Below, piece after piece: positions 49,520-62,177 of a stretch of 64,000 nt of DNA. The translations under genes were made by a program, and so were the position numbers. How positions within the stretch are numbered: position 1 is the stretch's first letter; every line of letters begins with the position of its first letter. Below the pieces are notes generated by a model, which saw only the letters and a list, made by a program, of their open reading frames with translations, was not told the origin of the DNA and ran no database searches. The stretch spans positions 79,826,944 through 79,890,943 of the forward strand of contig NC_057718.1 in NCBI RefSeq assembly GCF_004010195.1. The letters are read 5' to 3'. The DNA comes from Chiloscyllium plagiosum (taxonomy: Eukaryota).

Positions 49520-51003
49520 TATACGACCGATAGGGTACCCTTCATTGTCCAGTACCTCCCAGGAGCAGAAAAACTTCGCCATGTTCTTCGTGCATGCAAC
49601 ACATTGTTGCTGAAGAAAAGCACCTCGCCAAGACCTTCCCAATGCCTCCACTTCGCAACAAACCTTAAATAGACCATTGTTTGCAGCACACTGCCCAGCC
49701 TTTAGGACAACATTAACCACAACACAGTACAACCTTGTCATGGCAACCGCTGCAAAATGTGTCAGAGTGTCGACACAGATACCAGCATTACATATCGGGA
49801 CACCACCCACTGTGTACATGGCAGATACTCATGTGACTCGGCCAATGTTGTCAATCTCATACGCTGCAGGCAAGGATGCCCTGAGGCATGGTACATTGGC
49901 GAGACCAAGCAGAAGCTACGATAACAGGTGAATGGACACTGCACAACAATCACCAGATGGAGTGTTCCCTCCCAGTGGGCAAACACTTCAGCAGTCTGGG
50001 ACATTCAGCCACACATCTTCAGGTGACCATCCTACAAGATGGACTTTGGGACAGGCAACAATGCAAAGTGGGCGAGCAGAGGCTGATGGCCAAGTTTGGT
50101 ACCCATGAGGATGGCCTCAACCAGGACCTTGGGTTCATGTCACACTACAGGTGACCCCATTACACTCTACACGCTCTCACAGGCACACGCAAGCACACAT
50201 ACACATACACTCTTATATTCTCACACACTCACGCAGACCCTCTCTAATTCACATGCTCTCTCTCATATACACACATATACACCCCCCACACTCACACTCA
50301 CATTCACGCACACACCCTCTCCAGGCTTATACCTCATCACACTCACACATATACTTTACCAAGCTTGCACACACGCAAACACACAGTCTCTCACATGCAC
50401 TCACATTCACACGCACACACTCACATGGTCTCTCTCTCTCACTCTCTATCCACACATGTAAGTCTATGGGGTGAATTTGTATTGCAAAATCATACTTGCA
50501 GATACATTCTATTTTGCTCAAAAATGCACAACCTGTAGGCAGTCAGTGCAGGCAATCAATCCATGGAACATTTTGTAAATTCCACTTTCGAAATAGAAGC
50601 AATCTGACTCAAGATTGAGACATAGACAGACTCTGACCTCACACCTTTAAAGTATTGTCTGAGCTGAGATGTCACCTTTTTTTTTTATAAAACCTTAAGC
50701 TATCTTGAGAATATGACTTAAAAGTTCTGGGATTTACATATTAATAAACCAAAGCCTGTAACCTATTCTAAAAGATGAAAGACTTAACAGCAATCTAGAT
50801 TCATTCAATTAATCATTTTACTTGCATGACACTGTAATCTTTTGCTATAAATTCTGTGTCTTACCGTCCTGCTCCACAGCTACTCGATGAAGGAGCAGTG
50901 CTTCGATAGCTAGTGCTTCCAAATAAACCTGTTGAACGAAAACCTGGTGTTGTGTGATTTTTAACTTTGTCCACCCCAATCCAACACTGGCCCCTCCATA
51001 TCT
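49520..51003 (+). mobile_element. Penelope-like element, second family (GIY-YIG and CA-rich 3' region)
   Basis: DRVPFIVQY and CPEAWYIGETKQKL. Mutated hammerhead at ~50884-50912. Opposite orientation to 30511-32107. Confidence 0.92.
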
Positions 51004-51593
51004 TGTCTAAATTGCTCATTACATCAGCAAAGAATTCTAACAGATTTGTCAGATGTGATCTCCTCTAGATGAAGTCATGCTGACTCAGCTGTTTTACCAT
51101 GCACTTCGAAGTGTTCCACAATCTCATAATCAATAATGGTTACTCTAGAATCTTACTAATGACTAAGATCAGACTAACCGGCCTACAACTTCCTGTCTTC
51201 TGCCTCCCTCCCTTTTGTAACAGGGGTGTTACATCAGCCATTCTTCAGACCTCTGGGACGCTCCCTGACTCCAGTGATTCCTGAAAAATCACCACCAATG
51301 CCTCAACAATCTCCTTCAGAAGTCTGGGGTGTAGTCCATCTGGTCTGTGTGATGTATCCACCTTCAGACTTTTCACCTTCTCAGCATCTTCTCTTTAATG
51401 GTGGCCATTACATTTACTTCTGTCCCCTGACTCTCTTTAAATTCTGGTATGTTAGTGGTGTTTTTCACTGTGAAATTAAATGCAAAGTACTTATTCACTT
51501 CCTACGTCTTTTCTTTGTTCCTCATTATGTCTTTCTAGCCTCATTTTCCAGCTTTCCAATGTCCACTCTTGCCTTTTAGATATCTAAAAAAAA

Positions 51594-51630
51594 GACGTTT
51601 CATCCCTTGTCTAGGTGACATCCTCAGTGC
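51594..51630 (-). ncRNA. Hammerhead ribozyme motif (family C), truncated at its cleavage site
   Basis: Minus strand GCA-CTGAGGA-TGTCACCTAGACAAGGGAT-GAAACGTC. The sister copy at 53215-53255 has a GCA/TGC stem I but a mutated CTAAGGA core. Confidence 0.7.
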
Positions 51631-53330
51631 TTGGGAGCCTCCTGTGAAGCGCTTCTGTGATCTTTCCTCCGGCATTTGTAGTGGTTTGAATCTGCCGTTT
51701 CCGGTTGTCAGTTCCAGCTGTCCGCTGCAGTGGTCGGTATATTGGGTCCAGGTCGATGTGCTTGTTGATTGAATCTGTGGATGAGTGCCATGCCTCTAGG
51801 AATTCCCTGGCTGTTCTCTGTTTGGCTTGTCCTATAATGTAGTGTTGTCCCAGTCAAATTCATGTTGCTTGTCATCTGCATGTGTGGCTACTAAGGATAG
51901 CTGGTCGTGTCGTTTTGTGGCTAGTTGGTGTTCATGGATGCGGATCGTTAGCTGTCTTCCTGTTTGTCCTATGTAGTGTTTTGTGCAGTTCTTGCATGGG
52001 ATTTTGTACACTACATTGGTTTTGCTCATGCTGGATATCGGGTCCTTGGTTCTGGTGAGTTGTTGTCTGAGAGTGGCTGTTGGTTTGTGTGCTGTTATGA
52101 GTCCTAGTGGTCGCAGTAGTCTGGCTGTCAGTTTGGAAATGCTCTTGATGTATGGTAGTGTGGCTAGTCCTTTGGGTTGTGGCATGTCCTCGTTCCATTG
52201 TCTTTCCCTTAGGCATCTGTTGATGAAATTGCGGGTATCAGTTTTTGGCGAATACATTGTATAGGTGTTCTTCTTCCTCTTTTTGCAGTTCTGGTGTACT
52301 GCAGTGTGTTGTGGCCCTTTTGAATAGTGTCTTGATGCAACTTCTTTTGTGTGTGTTGGGATGGTTGCTTTTGTAGTTCAGGATGTGGCCTGTGTGAGTG
52401 GCTTTCCTGTGGAGAATTCACCACAAAGGTATACAGGAAAACCACTCACACAGACCAAGTCCTGAACTACGAAAGCAACCACCCCAACACACACAAAAGA
52501 AGTTGCATCAAGACACTATTCAAAAGAGCCACAACACACTGCAGTGCACCAGAACTGCAAAAAGAGGAAGAAGAACACCTATACAATGTATTCGCCAAAA
52601 ACGGATACCCCCGCAATTTCATCATCAGGTGTCTAAGGGAAAGACAATGGAACGAGGACATGCCACAATCCAAAGGACTAGCCACACTACCGTACATCAA
52701 GAGCATTTCCAAACTGACAGCCAGACTACTGCGACCACTAGGACTCATAACAGCACACAAACCAACAGCCACTCTCAGACAACAACTCACCAGAACGAAG
52801 GACCCGATACCTATCATGAGCAAAACCAATGTAGTGTACAAAATCCCATGCAAGAACTGCACAAAACACTACATAGGACAAACAGGAAGACAGCTAACGA
52901 TCCGCATCCATGAACACCAACTAGCCATGAAACGACACGACCAGCTATCCTTAGTAGCCACACACGCAGATGACAAGCAACATGAATTCGACTGGGACAA
53001 CACTACATTATAGGACAAGCCAAACAGAGAATAGCCAGGGAATTCCTAGAGGCATGGCACTCATCCACAGATTCAATCAACAAGCACATCAATCTGGACC
53101 CAATATACCGGTCACTGCAACGGACAGCTGGAACTGACAACCGGAAGCGGCAGATTCAAACCACTACAAATGCCAGAGGAAAGATCACAGAAGCGCTTCA
53201 CAGGAGGCTCCCAAGCACTAAGGATTGTCACCTAGACAGGGGACGAAACGTCTGCAACACAAATTCCCAACTCGGCGAACAGAACCACAACAACGAGCAC
53301 CCGAGCTACGAATCTTCTCCCAAACTTTGA
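51594..53330 (+). mobile_element. Young Penelope-like insertion with an ~820-bp inverted duplication and a 12-bp TSD
   Basis: ORF VYRKTTHTDQVLNYESNHP...NVVYKIPCKNCTKHYIGQTGRQL (RT thumb and GIY-YIG). Arms 51594-52410 and 52433-53252. TSD ATCTAAAAAAAA at 51582-51593 and 53331-53342. Confidence 0.95.
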
Positions 53331-53784
53331 ATCTAAAAAAAACCTTTGCTATTTTCTTTTGGTGTTATTAGCTGCTTTACCCTCATTTTTGATTTCTCCT
53401 ACCTTATTGCTTTTTTTTTAAGTTGTCCTCTGCTGGTTTTTAAAGGCTTCCCAATCATCTGGCTTCCCACTAATCTTCACCACGTTGTATGCTTTTTCTT
53501 TTGCTTTTATGTTGTCCCTGACTTCCCTTGTCAGCTATGGTTACCTCATCCTCTCCTTAGTATTTTTTTCTTCTTCTTCTTCTTTCGGGTGAATTTCTTT
53601 TGTTCCTCTGATTTACCCCCAGAAACTCCTGCCATTGCTGCTCCACCGTCTTCCCTGGTCGGGTCCCCTTCCGGACAAGTTTGGCCAGCTCCTTCCCCGT
53701 GTTTTTGCTGTTAGCTTTACTCAATTATAATGCCATTACATCTGATTCCAGCTTCTCTTTCTCAAACTGCAGGGCAAATTCTAT

Positions 53785-53842
53785 CATATTATGTCACTCA
53801 CTCACTCATATTATGTCACTCACTCACTCATATTATGTCACT
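53785..53842 (+). repeat. 22-bp tandem repeat, about 2.6 copies
   Basis: CATATTATGTCACTCACTCACT twice, then CATATTATGTCACT. Confidence 0.95.
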
Positions 53843-54119
53843 AATCAAGTCAGTCTCATTACACAACACCAAATCTAGAATTGCCTGTGCCGTTGTGGAC
53901 ACTACCTCAAGCTGCTCCAAAGAAAATCTTGGAGACATTCCACAAACTCCTCTTCTTGCTTTACTCCCAACCTGATTTTCCCGGTCATTCTGCATATTGA
54001 AGTCCTCCATGATTTCATTTAATACTGCCTTTCTTACAGGCGTTTTCTATCTCCTGATTTATTTTCTGCCCACATCCTGACTACCACCAGAAAGCCTGTA
54101 CATAACTTCCATCAGCACT

Positions 54120-54335
54120 ATTTTTCCATTTTTTTCATTTGCTGCATAGAAGTTTTTCCTCATGTTGGACCTGATTTTGTAATCAATCATCTTAAACTTA
54201 TGTTCTCTGGTTATAGTTCCTTTAGCCATCAGAAACGGTTTTACATTATTTACTCTATCTAAACCATACATAATTTTAAACATTTCTTCTTAGCCTTCTC
54301 TGCTTTAAGGATCATAAGCCCAGTTTCTCCATTCT
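54120..54335 (-). mobile_element. Old CR1 3' fragment
   Basis: FKIMYGLDRVN...TREHKFK...MRKNF. Confidence 0.7.
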
Positions 54336-55764
54336 TCATTCTATCCATGTATGCCAAATAATTATCATACATTATGCAAGAGATTCTAGATCATATGGTA
54401 TATAATTTATGTAAAATTTTAGTTGTATATTAAATTTTTCATCTAACAAGTTATTTATAATTGTTATAATTTAAAGTTGACTTAAGTTTAAAAAATCTAG
54501 GAGACTCGAGGAAATATACACCTTAACTGTAGATTATTTATCTTGGGGGCACAGATCCATCTGTCTGAGCTTGGAAGTATAGCCTACATGATCTTTGCCA
54601 CAACTGCCACTTAAACCATGTACTGCAGAAAACCTACAGCACAAATGACTTCGACAGCTAAAATTAGTGGACTAATAAAGGCTTTTATCAATTTAACGAG
54701 TATTAGCTCTTTATCATTAGGCTGCATTCCTTTTACAGGATGGCCTTGTGGGACAACTAATATAACGACATTGCCATAACACAAAATGGTCTTTGAAGGT
54801 CTGCATGACATTTTAATTTAAAACCTAACAGTCTCTCTATCATAAAAACGCATTTATATAAAAAAGCTTATTACTGATTAGAATTTTATTTACACTCTAT
54901 CTCCAAATTTCAGTTCTTACATCATAATTGTTGCAAAGTAAGGATCTCTATGTACCCGAGTTTCCCTTATTATTGCATTTGTTAATCTTCAACAGGAAAT
55001 TGCAAGCCTTCGCAAACAAATTTCAATGAACCTCACAGATGACTGCGAAAAGCTTTGTAACTTAAGCCCGAGACTTTTAAACCTATGAAAACAAATCAAA
55101 CCTATGAGGTTATATTTTTATCTCATTTTCATACTGCTCAAGGCATTTTTGTGATTGGAAAGATGGATTTGCCATCATCTTGCTTCCATGTAGCAGTTTG
55201 AGAACTCATCAATCCTACAGACAGTACAACATGTTTCACAGGTTATGGAGTTAATCTGATGGTTCATTTGAGAGATAAGGAGAACTATACGTTTTTTTTG
55301 TTCTGCAGAAGCAGTTTATCTTGGTTCCACTTTTATAACCAAAAACATTAAAAGCATTAAAACAGGAATGAAACTTCATGGAATTTGCAGAGTTGTTTGG
55401 ACAGCTGGATAAATTGGGCATGGTGGAGGGGTGAGGTACAAGGTGGGGGGTGGGGTAGAGGGGGGAGGGTGGTGTAGAGAGTAGGGTTAGATGTGGAATG
55501 GGTGGAGGCATTTACTTTCTAGTACATTTCAAGGCCTTTCCAATGTAGATTCTGTTGTTAATCACTTTCAACCTGGGTCCTAAGCATGTGATTGAGAATT
55601 CTAGTGTTCGTTTCTGGGTAAGTACAGGGCTTCTGTCGCATGTACAATGATAGGGTCAGTGTCAGAGGCAGCCATGGTGGGGTTCTTTACAGCACATCTC
55701 TGTTTAACACACTCCAAATTTCTCTCACAAATGTGGTGCATATGTGCTCTCCTTTATTTAGTTT

Positions 55765-56470
55765 TTTTTATTTATTACTGTCACATGTACCTAAGTACAG
55801 TGAAAAGTTTTGTTTTATGAGTCATAACAAACAAGGGCATACATACAGATCATAGGGCTCTTAGATTGAACAAGGCATTCATGGTTATGACTGAAAAGGA
55901 GGTGCACAAAAGCAAGGTCAACATTCGATTGAAATTAGAGAGGTCCATTCAGCAGCCTAATAACAGCAGGGAAGAGGTGTTCTTGAACCTGTTGGTGCAT
56001 GTATTCAAACTTCTATACCTTCTGCCTGACAGAAGAGGTTGGAAGAGAGCATTACTGAGGTGAAAAGGGTCTTTGATTATGTTTGCAGCCTTTCCGTGGC
56101 AACGCAAAGTGTAGATGGAAACCATGGATGGGAGGTTAGCTTCCGAGATAATCTGGGCTGTGCACATAATGTTTTGTAGTTTCTTAATGTCCTGGGTAGT
56201 GCATTTGCCATATCAAGCCGTCATGCACCCAGATAGAATGCTTTCTATGGTGCATCAGTAAAAGTTGGTGAGGGTCCTTATGGCAAAGCCTCCCGAAGAA
56301 GAAAAGACATTATTTGCATTTATTGTGCTTGTTGATTATCGTCACTTCTCAGAACTTGATGCTTTCGACCCTCTCCACCTCAGTTCCATTGATGTAGATA
56401 GGGGAGTATCCTCCTCCTCTCTTCCTGAAGTCAATGATCAGTTCTTTTGTTTTGCTGACTTTGAGGGATT
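55765..56470 (-). mobile_element. Rex1-type LINE 3' fragment
   Basis: IYTLRCHGKAANIIKDPFHLSNALFQPLLSGRRYRSL...NRFKN. Confidence 0.85.
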
Positions 56471-56865
56471 ATTATGGGTCCTCTCGTGTAACAATGGCGA
56501 CTATCAAAGTTCAGCACTAATTTAATTGGAAGATCATTGGCTATTGTTTTCCCACTCTGCATGGGTGGATGGGTGAAATGTGTTAGTTCATCAGTGAGTG
56601 TGCTTGGATGGGTGGATAAATGAGTATTGAAATGAGTGAGTGAGTGGGTGGTTGGGCTGTTGATTGAATTAGTGGATGGGTGAATGTGGGGGTTCTTGGA
56701 CGTATGGGTAGCTCTGGTGGACTCAGTAGAAAATAGGAAGTTGATTCATTGGGATAGGTAGTCAGGTCAGGGGGTTTTGATTGGTTGGACAGTTATGAAA
56801 TGGGGCACAGGGTCTGCAGTTGGATTGGGATGAGTTGAGGTATATAGTCAGGTTGGGGGGTTTCA

Positions 56866-56982
56866 GGCTCATGCCCGAAACGTCGATTCTCCTGCTCCTT
56901 GAATGCTGCCTGACCTGCTGCACTTTTCCAGCAACACATTTTCAGCTCTGATCTCCAGCATCTGCAGTCCTCACTTTTTCCC
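56866..56982 (+). mobile_element. Short Penelope-derived terminus starting inside hammerhead stem II
   Basis: GGCTCATGCCCGAAACGTC followed by the family tail. GGTTTCAGG flanks both sides as a probable TSD. Confidence 0.8.
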
Positions 56983-57259
56983 CGGTTTCAGGGAGTGAAC
57001 AGTTGGGTCAGGGAGCGTGAGTGAAGGAGTATATAATTGTGTTCATGAGTAATTGGGGGGCAGACAATTGGGTGGGAGTTCACTTATTGGGGGGGGGGGG
57101 GGAATCAGTTGGCTATTTGGAGGGTGTGTAATTGAGTCAGGGTGGGGAGGAGTTGGGAATGTTGGAGGCAGGATATGTAAGGAATACGATTGCTTAAGTT
57201 ATGCTGTTAATCACCAGATATTAAACAGTGTAAAAATTCTAGACTAAATATTTGGGTAA

Positions 57260-57752
57260 CTAGCCTCCATTGCCACAGTGAATCAGACCATAAGTTGGAG
57301 GACAATACCTCATCTTCCACGTCAGCAGCCTACAGCTCAGAGGACTCAACACTGAGTTCCCCAATTTCAAATAACTTTCTCATCCATCCCCCGACTCTCT
57401 TTCTAGCCCCGCATCCCTCCTTCTATCCCTCCGACCGACACCTCCTTCCAGCTACCAACTGGATTCATTCCTCCCATTGGCCTGTCTCTGTGCAGTAGGA
57501 CTCTATGACTCTGACCAACCAGGTCATACCCACCCTGTATTCACTTATCACTACCTTACCACTCTGCCCCTCTCCCCAACCATAACCCTTCCTTCCCCTT
57601 TCTCTTTATCTGCAACTCTCCCTACCTCCACCTCCATTCCTGAAAAAGGGTTATACCTGAAACATTAACTCCTCCACCTCCTGATGCTGCCAAGCTTGCT
57701 GTATTCTTCCAGCTTCCTGCTTGTCCACTCTGGATTCCAGCATCTGCAGTTT
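57260..57752 (+). mobile_element. Older Penelope 3' end with decayed hammerhead
   Basis: KLEDNTSSS region, a C-rich tract and CCTGAAAAAGGGTTATACCTGAAAC...CCAGCATCTGCAG. Confidence 0.75.
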
Positions 57753-58605
57753 TGAATTGAATTGAATTCAATTCAACCTGCAGGGTTTTTTTTGCCTCTG
57801 CATATCTAGCCTAATGCTCCGATCAAATCTGTGTAAGTGACATTCACAGAAGGTTTAGGACTGTGCAAATCAGCCCAGTGGAACTAACCTTCCCAGGCAA
57901 TTACAGTGCATGTGTGTATATCAGGATATCAAATGTATTATGACTCAACATTCACTGCTGCATTTGGCCCAATATTTCACTGGAGAATCCTGAATTCTTT
58001 GAAGAATTCTTGTCAAAAGTGAAATTTACAAATTCTCCAATAGTTGTCAAATAAGCCAGTCAGAGAGTGAAAGAAAGATTCATTCTCTTTTATGCGGCAA
58101 GAAACACAAACTATGCAGGAATGACAAGCTTAAAAGGAATAAAAACAGCAGATGTTCATCCATCAATCCAGCAGGAGGTGGTTGCAATTGAAATCCTGGC
58201 GTTTCAGGCAACTGAGATGATCTGAGAAGACGACTTGGGAGGCCGTGAAGGAGCTGCTGGTTTATGCAGAACAAATGCTAATGCTCAGAGATCAAAGAAG
58301 GCATCCAAAAACAAATGCTGACCAAAGATCTTTGCAGTCAAATAGAGCAGCAATCCAAATTTCAAATCCTCGGGTGACACTTAAACCAGTTTTGAATAGG
58401 ATTAAGTGAAAATAGAAAAATCACAAAAGACCCAGTGTGAAGTTTGAGTCCTTATGATTGTTGCTTTCAGAAATGATGTACCAATGTCCATGAAAATGGT
58501 ACACTGAAACCAAAATGGATGCTAATAGATTAGGGATCCTCAAATCACTTCTGTTTACAGACAAATTTAATGTTGCAAATTACTGTACATGAAACTCTGA
58601 AAAAG

Positions 58606-58710
58606 GTTTCTGAAGACAGGTCACTGGACCTGAAAGGTTAACTCTGCTTTTTCTCCACAGATGTTGTCAGACCTGCTGAGTTTTTGATAGTAATTTCTGT
58701 TTTTGTATTT
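58606..58710 (+). mobile_element. Short terminal element with hammerhead-like motif (family D)
   Basis: CTGAAGACAGGTCACTGGACCTGAAAGGTTA at 58610-58640. Related copies at 62190-62290 and 38403-38500. Confidence 0.7.
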
Positions 58711-59027
58711 GTCTCTCAGTTGTCTGTGATTTTGCTATACTCTCCTTATGTCCTGTCTTGGTCAGCTCTGACTCAGTCTCTTCCTCAAGAATCTTAATTT
58801 CTGAGTCTTTTTGAAATTGTGGAGGAGACCATGCCAGCACAATTCACCACTGATTCTTCTAAATGCTATTAATAGCTACAATGGTGTTGCTCATGCCTTG
58901 AAGAAACCAGGTAGGATCTTATCTTGATTTTGATAGAAAACTGAAGAGTGCTGCCTGAGATTAAATGTATCATAACAGCTCTTTGTATATGATGCATTAA
59001 TGTGCAAAAGCCAATGCTAGTCACACT

Positions 59028-59230
59028 AGTCGCCATAGTCTAACTAGACTATAGGGCTGCTCTCTTCTTAGAGAGAAACAACTGGTGATGATTTAACCTG
59101 AGGGCTACCACACTTCAGAGAAGGGGAGATGTTCTTCATGGTAACCTCAGCTGGTGTGGAAATTGAACCCATGCTGTTGGCATCATATTGTTTCACAAAC
59201 TGACCATCCAGCCAAAATAACTAAACCGAA
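59028..59230 (-). mobile_element. Old tRNA-derived SINE
   Basis: The minus-strand head has B box GGGTTCAATTTC, followed by a non-tRNA core. A distantly related copy lies at ~27960-28090. Confidence 0.55.
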
Positions 59231-59236
59231 GGACTT

Positions 59237-59325
59237 CACCTGATGAAGGTGCAATGCTTCAAAAGCTTGTGATTTCAAATGAACCTCTTGGACTATAACC
59301 TGGTGTTGTGTGACTTCTGACTTTA
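59237..59325 (+). mobile_element. Penelope terminus, family B, beginning at the hammerhead
   Basis: CACCTGATGAAGGTGCAATGCTTCAAAAGCTTGTG (GAAA mutated), followed by the tail shared with 26150-26210. Confidence 0.8.
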
Positions 59326-59929
59326 TGTCAACACGAGAACAGATATAACCATGAAAGTGAGCATTGTAATTTATGATTCTCCCTATACTTAGCCATTGTT
59401 GAGATGACAGAAAGGGAGAAGCAGACACAAATTGATAAGGAAATACATTGGGCTTAAGTTTATTGTGCAGAAATGTTGAGTTTGGGAGCAGGTGGGTGGG
59501 AGCAGCTTAAAACTTTATAAATTGGCAACACAGTGCGAAGATGTTTCAAGCAGCTGACTACCATATTTAACTGCAATAGTTTAGACTACATGTGAACAAC
59601 TCTTCAGAAGGGGCCATTGGCCAATTTTCAATATATTAATCCCTCAAGTACAGTGACAATAATATGATTTTTACAATGTAACAGTGCATCAATGTTTTTC
59701 TGCACCTTCTTGGACCACTGAGAGCAAAGCTACAATACATCAATAATTGAGAAAGGTGCAGACAGACAGCTATGCCATTTGCTACTACTTTCTTGTGCTG
59801 AGATATCACTTGTGTCACTGATCTTCATTCTCAAACTCGAATCTGTCAGCTGAGAACTGATGTGGTTTACGTGATTTTCGTTTGAACCTCCTACAAGGAC
59901 TAAGATGATTAGTAGTTGTAACAAAACCA

Positions 59930-60700
59930 GCAGGAGCAGAAACAGCAAGAAGAATACCCACTTTGAGAACACTGGAATCAGTAGCACCACCAGCAGAAGC
60001 AGCAATGTCTGCTCGTCACAGACCTGCAACTCCTAGGAGAGGGGATTATCAAAAATGCAACTTAGAGGAGGCTACATCCTGTATGTAAATTCTACAAAAC
60101 AGAATATAGAATCTTTGCTATGTTGGAACACCAGTGTTTCAGGACCTCAAGCAAGATCATACCAAATGTTTGCAATCTGCTTGAATAAGATGTGCTTCAA
60201 GTGGAACCAGTGACCATGCTTTACCAGTAGGCTGGCAAAGTCAATAGTACATCAATGCCTTTGCCTTTGGATCCTTCCAGCATTCAGCAGGAAGCATTAG
60301 TAGGATCTTGCAGTTGGCAACCAATAAATGTGCAAGACATTTATGTGAGGTTAGCACTGCTGCCTCACAGCACCAGAGACCTGGGTTCAATTCCCGCCTC
60401 AGGCGACTGACTATGTGGAGTTTGCACGTTCTCCCCGTGTCTGCGTGGGTTTCCTCTGGGTGCTCCGGTTCCTCCCACAGTCCAAAGATGTGCAGGTCAG
60501 GTGAATTGGCCATACTAAATTGCCCATTGTGTTAGGTAAGGGGTAAATGTAGGGGTATGGGTGGGTTGCGCTTCGGCGGGGCCGAAGGGCCTGCTTCCAC
60601 ACTGTAAGTAATCTAATCTAATCTAAAAAAAAGTGATTGACTGCTCATTTGCCTGAGTCAGCATCTATGTTCACCTTGGCTGTGATGGCACCACTCAGAA
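59930..60700 (+). mobile_element. PIF/Harbinger transposase (HARBI1-like) N-terminal remnant, interrupted by a SINE
   Basis: 60200-60347 translates with frameshifts as HALPV/AGKV...NAFAFGSFQHSAGSISRILQLATNKC, matching the GSFQ...ISQ...C motif of Harbinger transposases. Confidence 0.6.
60349..60625 (+). mobile_element. HE1-type SINE (5'-clipped)
   Basis: B box GGTTCAATTCC, conserved core and (AATCT)3 tail. Confidence 0.92.
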
Positions 60701-60952
60701 TTAGTAAGCACCCAATCCAGCTCAGGCTGAATTCCTACACATACAAGATATTATTAACTGTACAGATGTGGCAATCAAGACATGCTCAGATTAACCTTTA
60801 AACATTTCACTTTATCCATGTGCAGCTTGTGCACAATTACAAAAGTATTTAGGTAGGCTACAATTCCTCGACAGAGGTCATGATATTTTTGACTTATGGC
60901 AGTGCACCCTCTCTAATTTCTTTGGTTCAAAGCAGATGTGTTCTTTGGAAGT

Positions 60953-61996
60953 TGTTATGATCAGACTTTGGGTGAAGTTCCCCTATTTGTTATGGTTCCA
61001 GATGGAATACCCAAACTGTTAATCTCCTGAGTGAGAAGTGTTGAATTGACCCGCTTTTTCTATTCACCAGCTCCCTCAATTGTTCACCAGATTAATTTTA
61101 AAATAATCCCTTCCCTTCTGGATACCTCTTCTCCCAGATACAAATGAACTTATATTTAAAAAGGAACCAATTCAACCAGACTTTCTTAACAAAAAGTGAA
61201 TTTATGAATTCCTAAAAACAACAAGAATTAACAATGCAACACACATGCATACATAAGAAATGAGTTGATTCAAAAGGATATAAGTTTTTTTTTAAGAAAT
61301 GGATCAGTCACTGAATTATTCAGAAAAAATGTACAGTTGAATGATGCAGCCATTGATGTTCGTGGTCGATTTCATGATCCCTGGTTTTGCAAATTGGCTG
61401 AGATTTTGTACTTTTGAATCCTTTTGATCAAAACCGAATTCCAGCATTCAGAATGAAACAGAATCCTTTTTTGCCCCTTTCCAACTTGTTTGGCTGCTAG
61501 GTAGGTGACTTCTGTCATCAGGGTGAGAGGTTCTTGACCTGCAATACAGGATGTAAGTGGGGGATACTTCTTCAACTGTGACCTTTCCTGCACACCTATA
61601 CTCACAGTCAGATGATAACACAAGCACATTCAATCTCACTAGCACACTCAAGTAGAATTAAAATTTACTTTTTAATCCCTGTACTTGATTATTCTTCAAA
61701 TGGAAAAAAATCACAAAAGTGTTGGCAGTTTAGGACATAATTTGCATCAGGCGGCTTGCTGTTGAGGAAGGAGTTTCTCAGACCTTTATTATTTTTGCAG
61801 TAACAAAAGATTACAGTCCCAACTGTTTGAAGCTTTTTTGACAACTATAGGTTTTATATCCCATTGGATTCAGACAGGTTTTTTTTTAACCACTAGCCAT
61901 CTTGAATTATTTTGTCTTTATAGCAATCCTATTTTAAAAGACAAATTTTGGAACTAAGGGCTAAGAACACCTCTAGAAGTCTGCAGGATCACAGCA
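60953..61996. mobile_element. Possible solo LTR
   Basis: TGTTATGATC...GATCACAGCA form imperfect inverted termini (8/10). No TSD. Confidence 0.3.
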
Positions 61997-62177
61997 CTCA
62001 TGTGTGAAATGAACTCATCAGTCTTTGTACGTGCACACAATGAGCTGGAACACCTGGCAGTATATCATATTGCTTCCTGCTGCAGCACAAATATTCCCTT
62101 TGTTGATGATTCCTAAGGTTCCTTACCAGGTGAGCAGAGCTTAGAGCATTCTATGGCCTCTGATACTGACTCTCCAT

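Larger units (their letters stand above)
51004..54115 (-). mobile_element. Old CR1-type LINE split by a Penelope insertion
   Basis: CR1-like segments AILDLVLCNE (53828-54010) and 51010-51590 flank the Penelope insertion, with a shared TSD. Confidence 0.8.

Noticed and set aside
52351..53013. 220-aa ORF as a possible domesticated host gene
   Set aside because: It is a 5'-truncated, frameshifted part of a TSD-flanked Penelope insertion.
56540..57200. G-rich tract as a functional G-quadruplex or promoter
   Set aside because: It is irregular low-complexity GT/GG sequence with no CpG island or other supporting context.
58155..58185. Minus-strand TSCWIDG resembling Parkin exon 5 (PSCWDD)
   Set aside because: It is followed immediately by a stop codon, with no splice sites or downstream similarity.
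59730..60029. Leucine-rich ORF resembling a membrane protein
   Set aside because: It is the antisense reading of a CAG/GCA-rich tract at the start of the Harbinger-like remnant.
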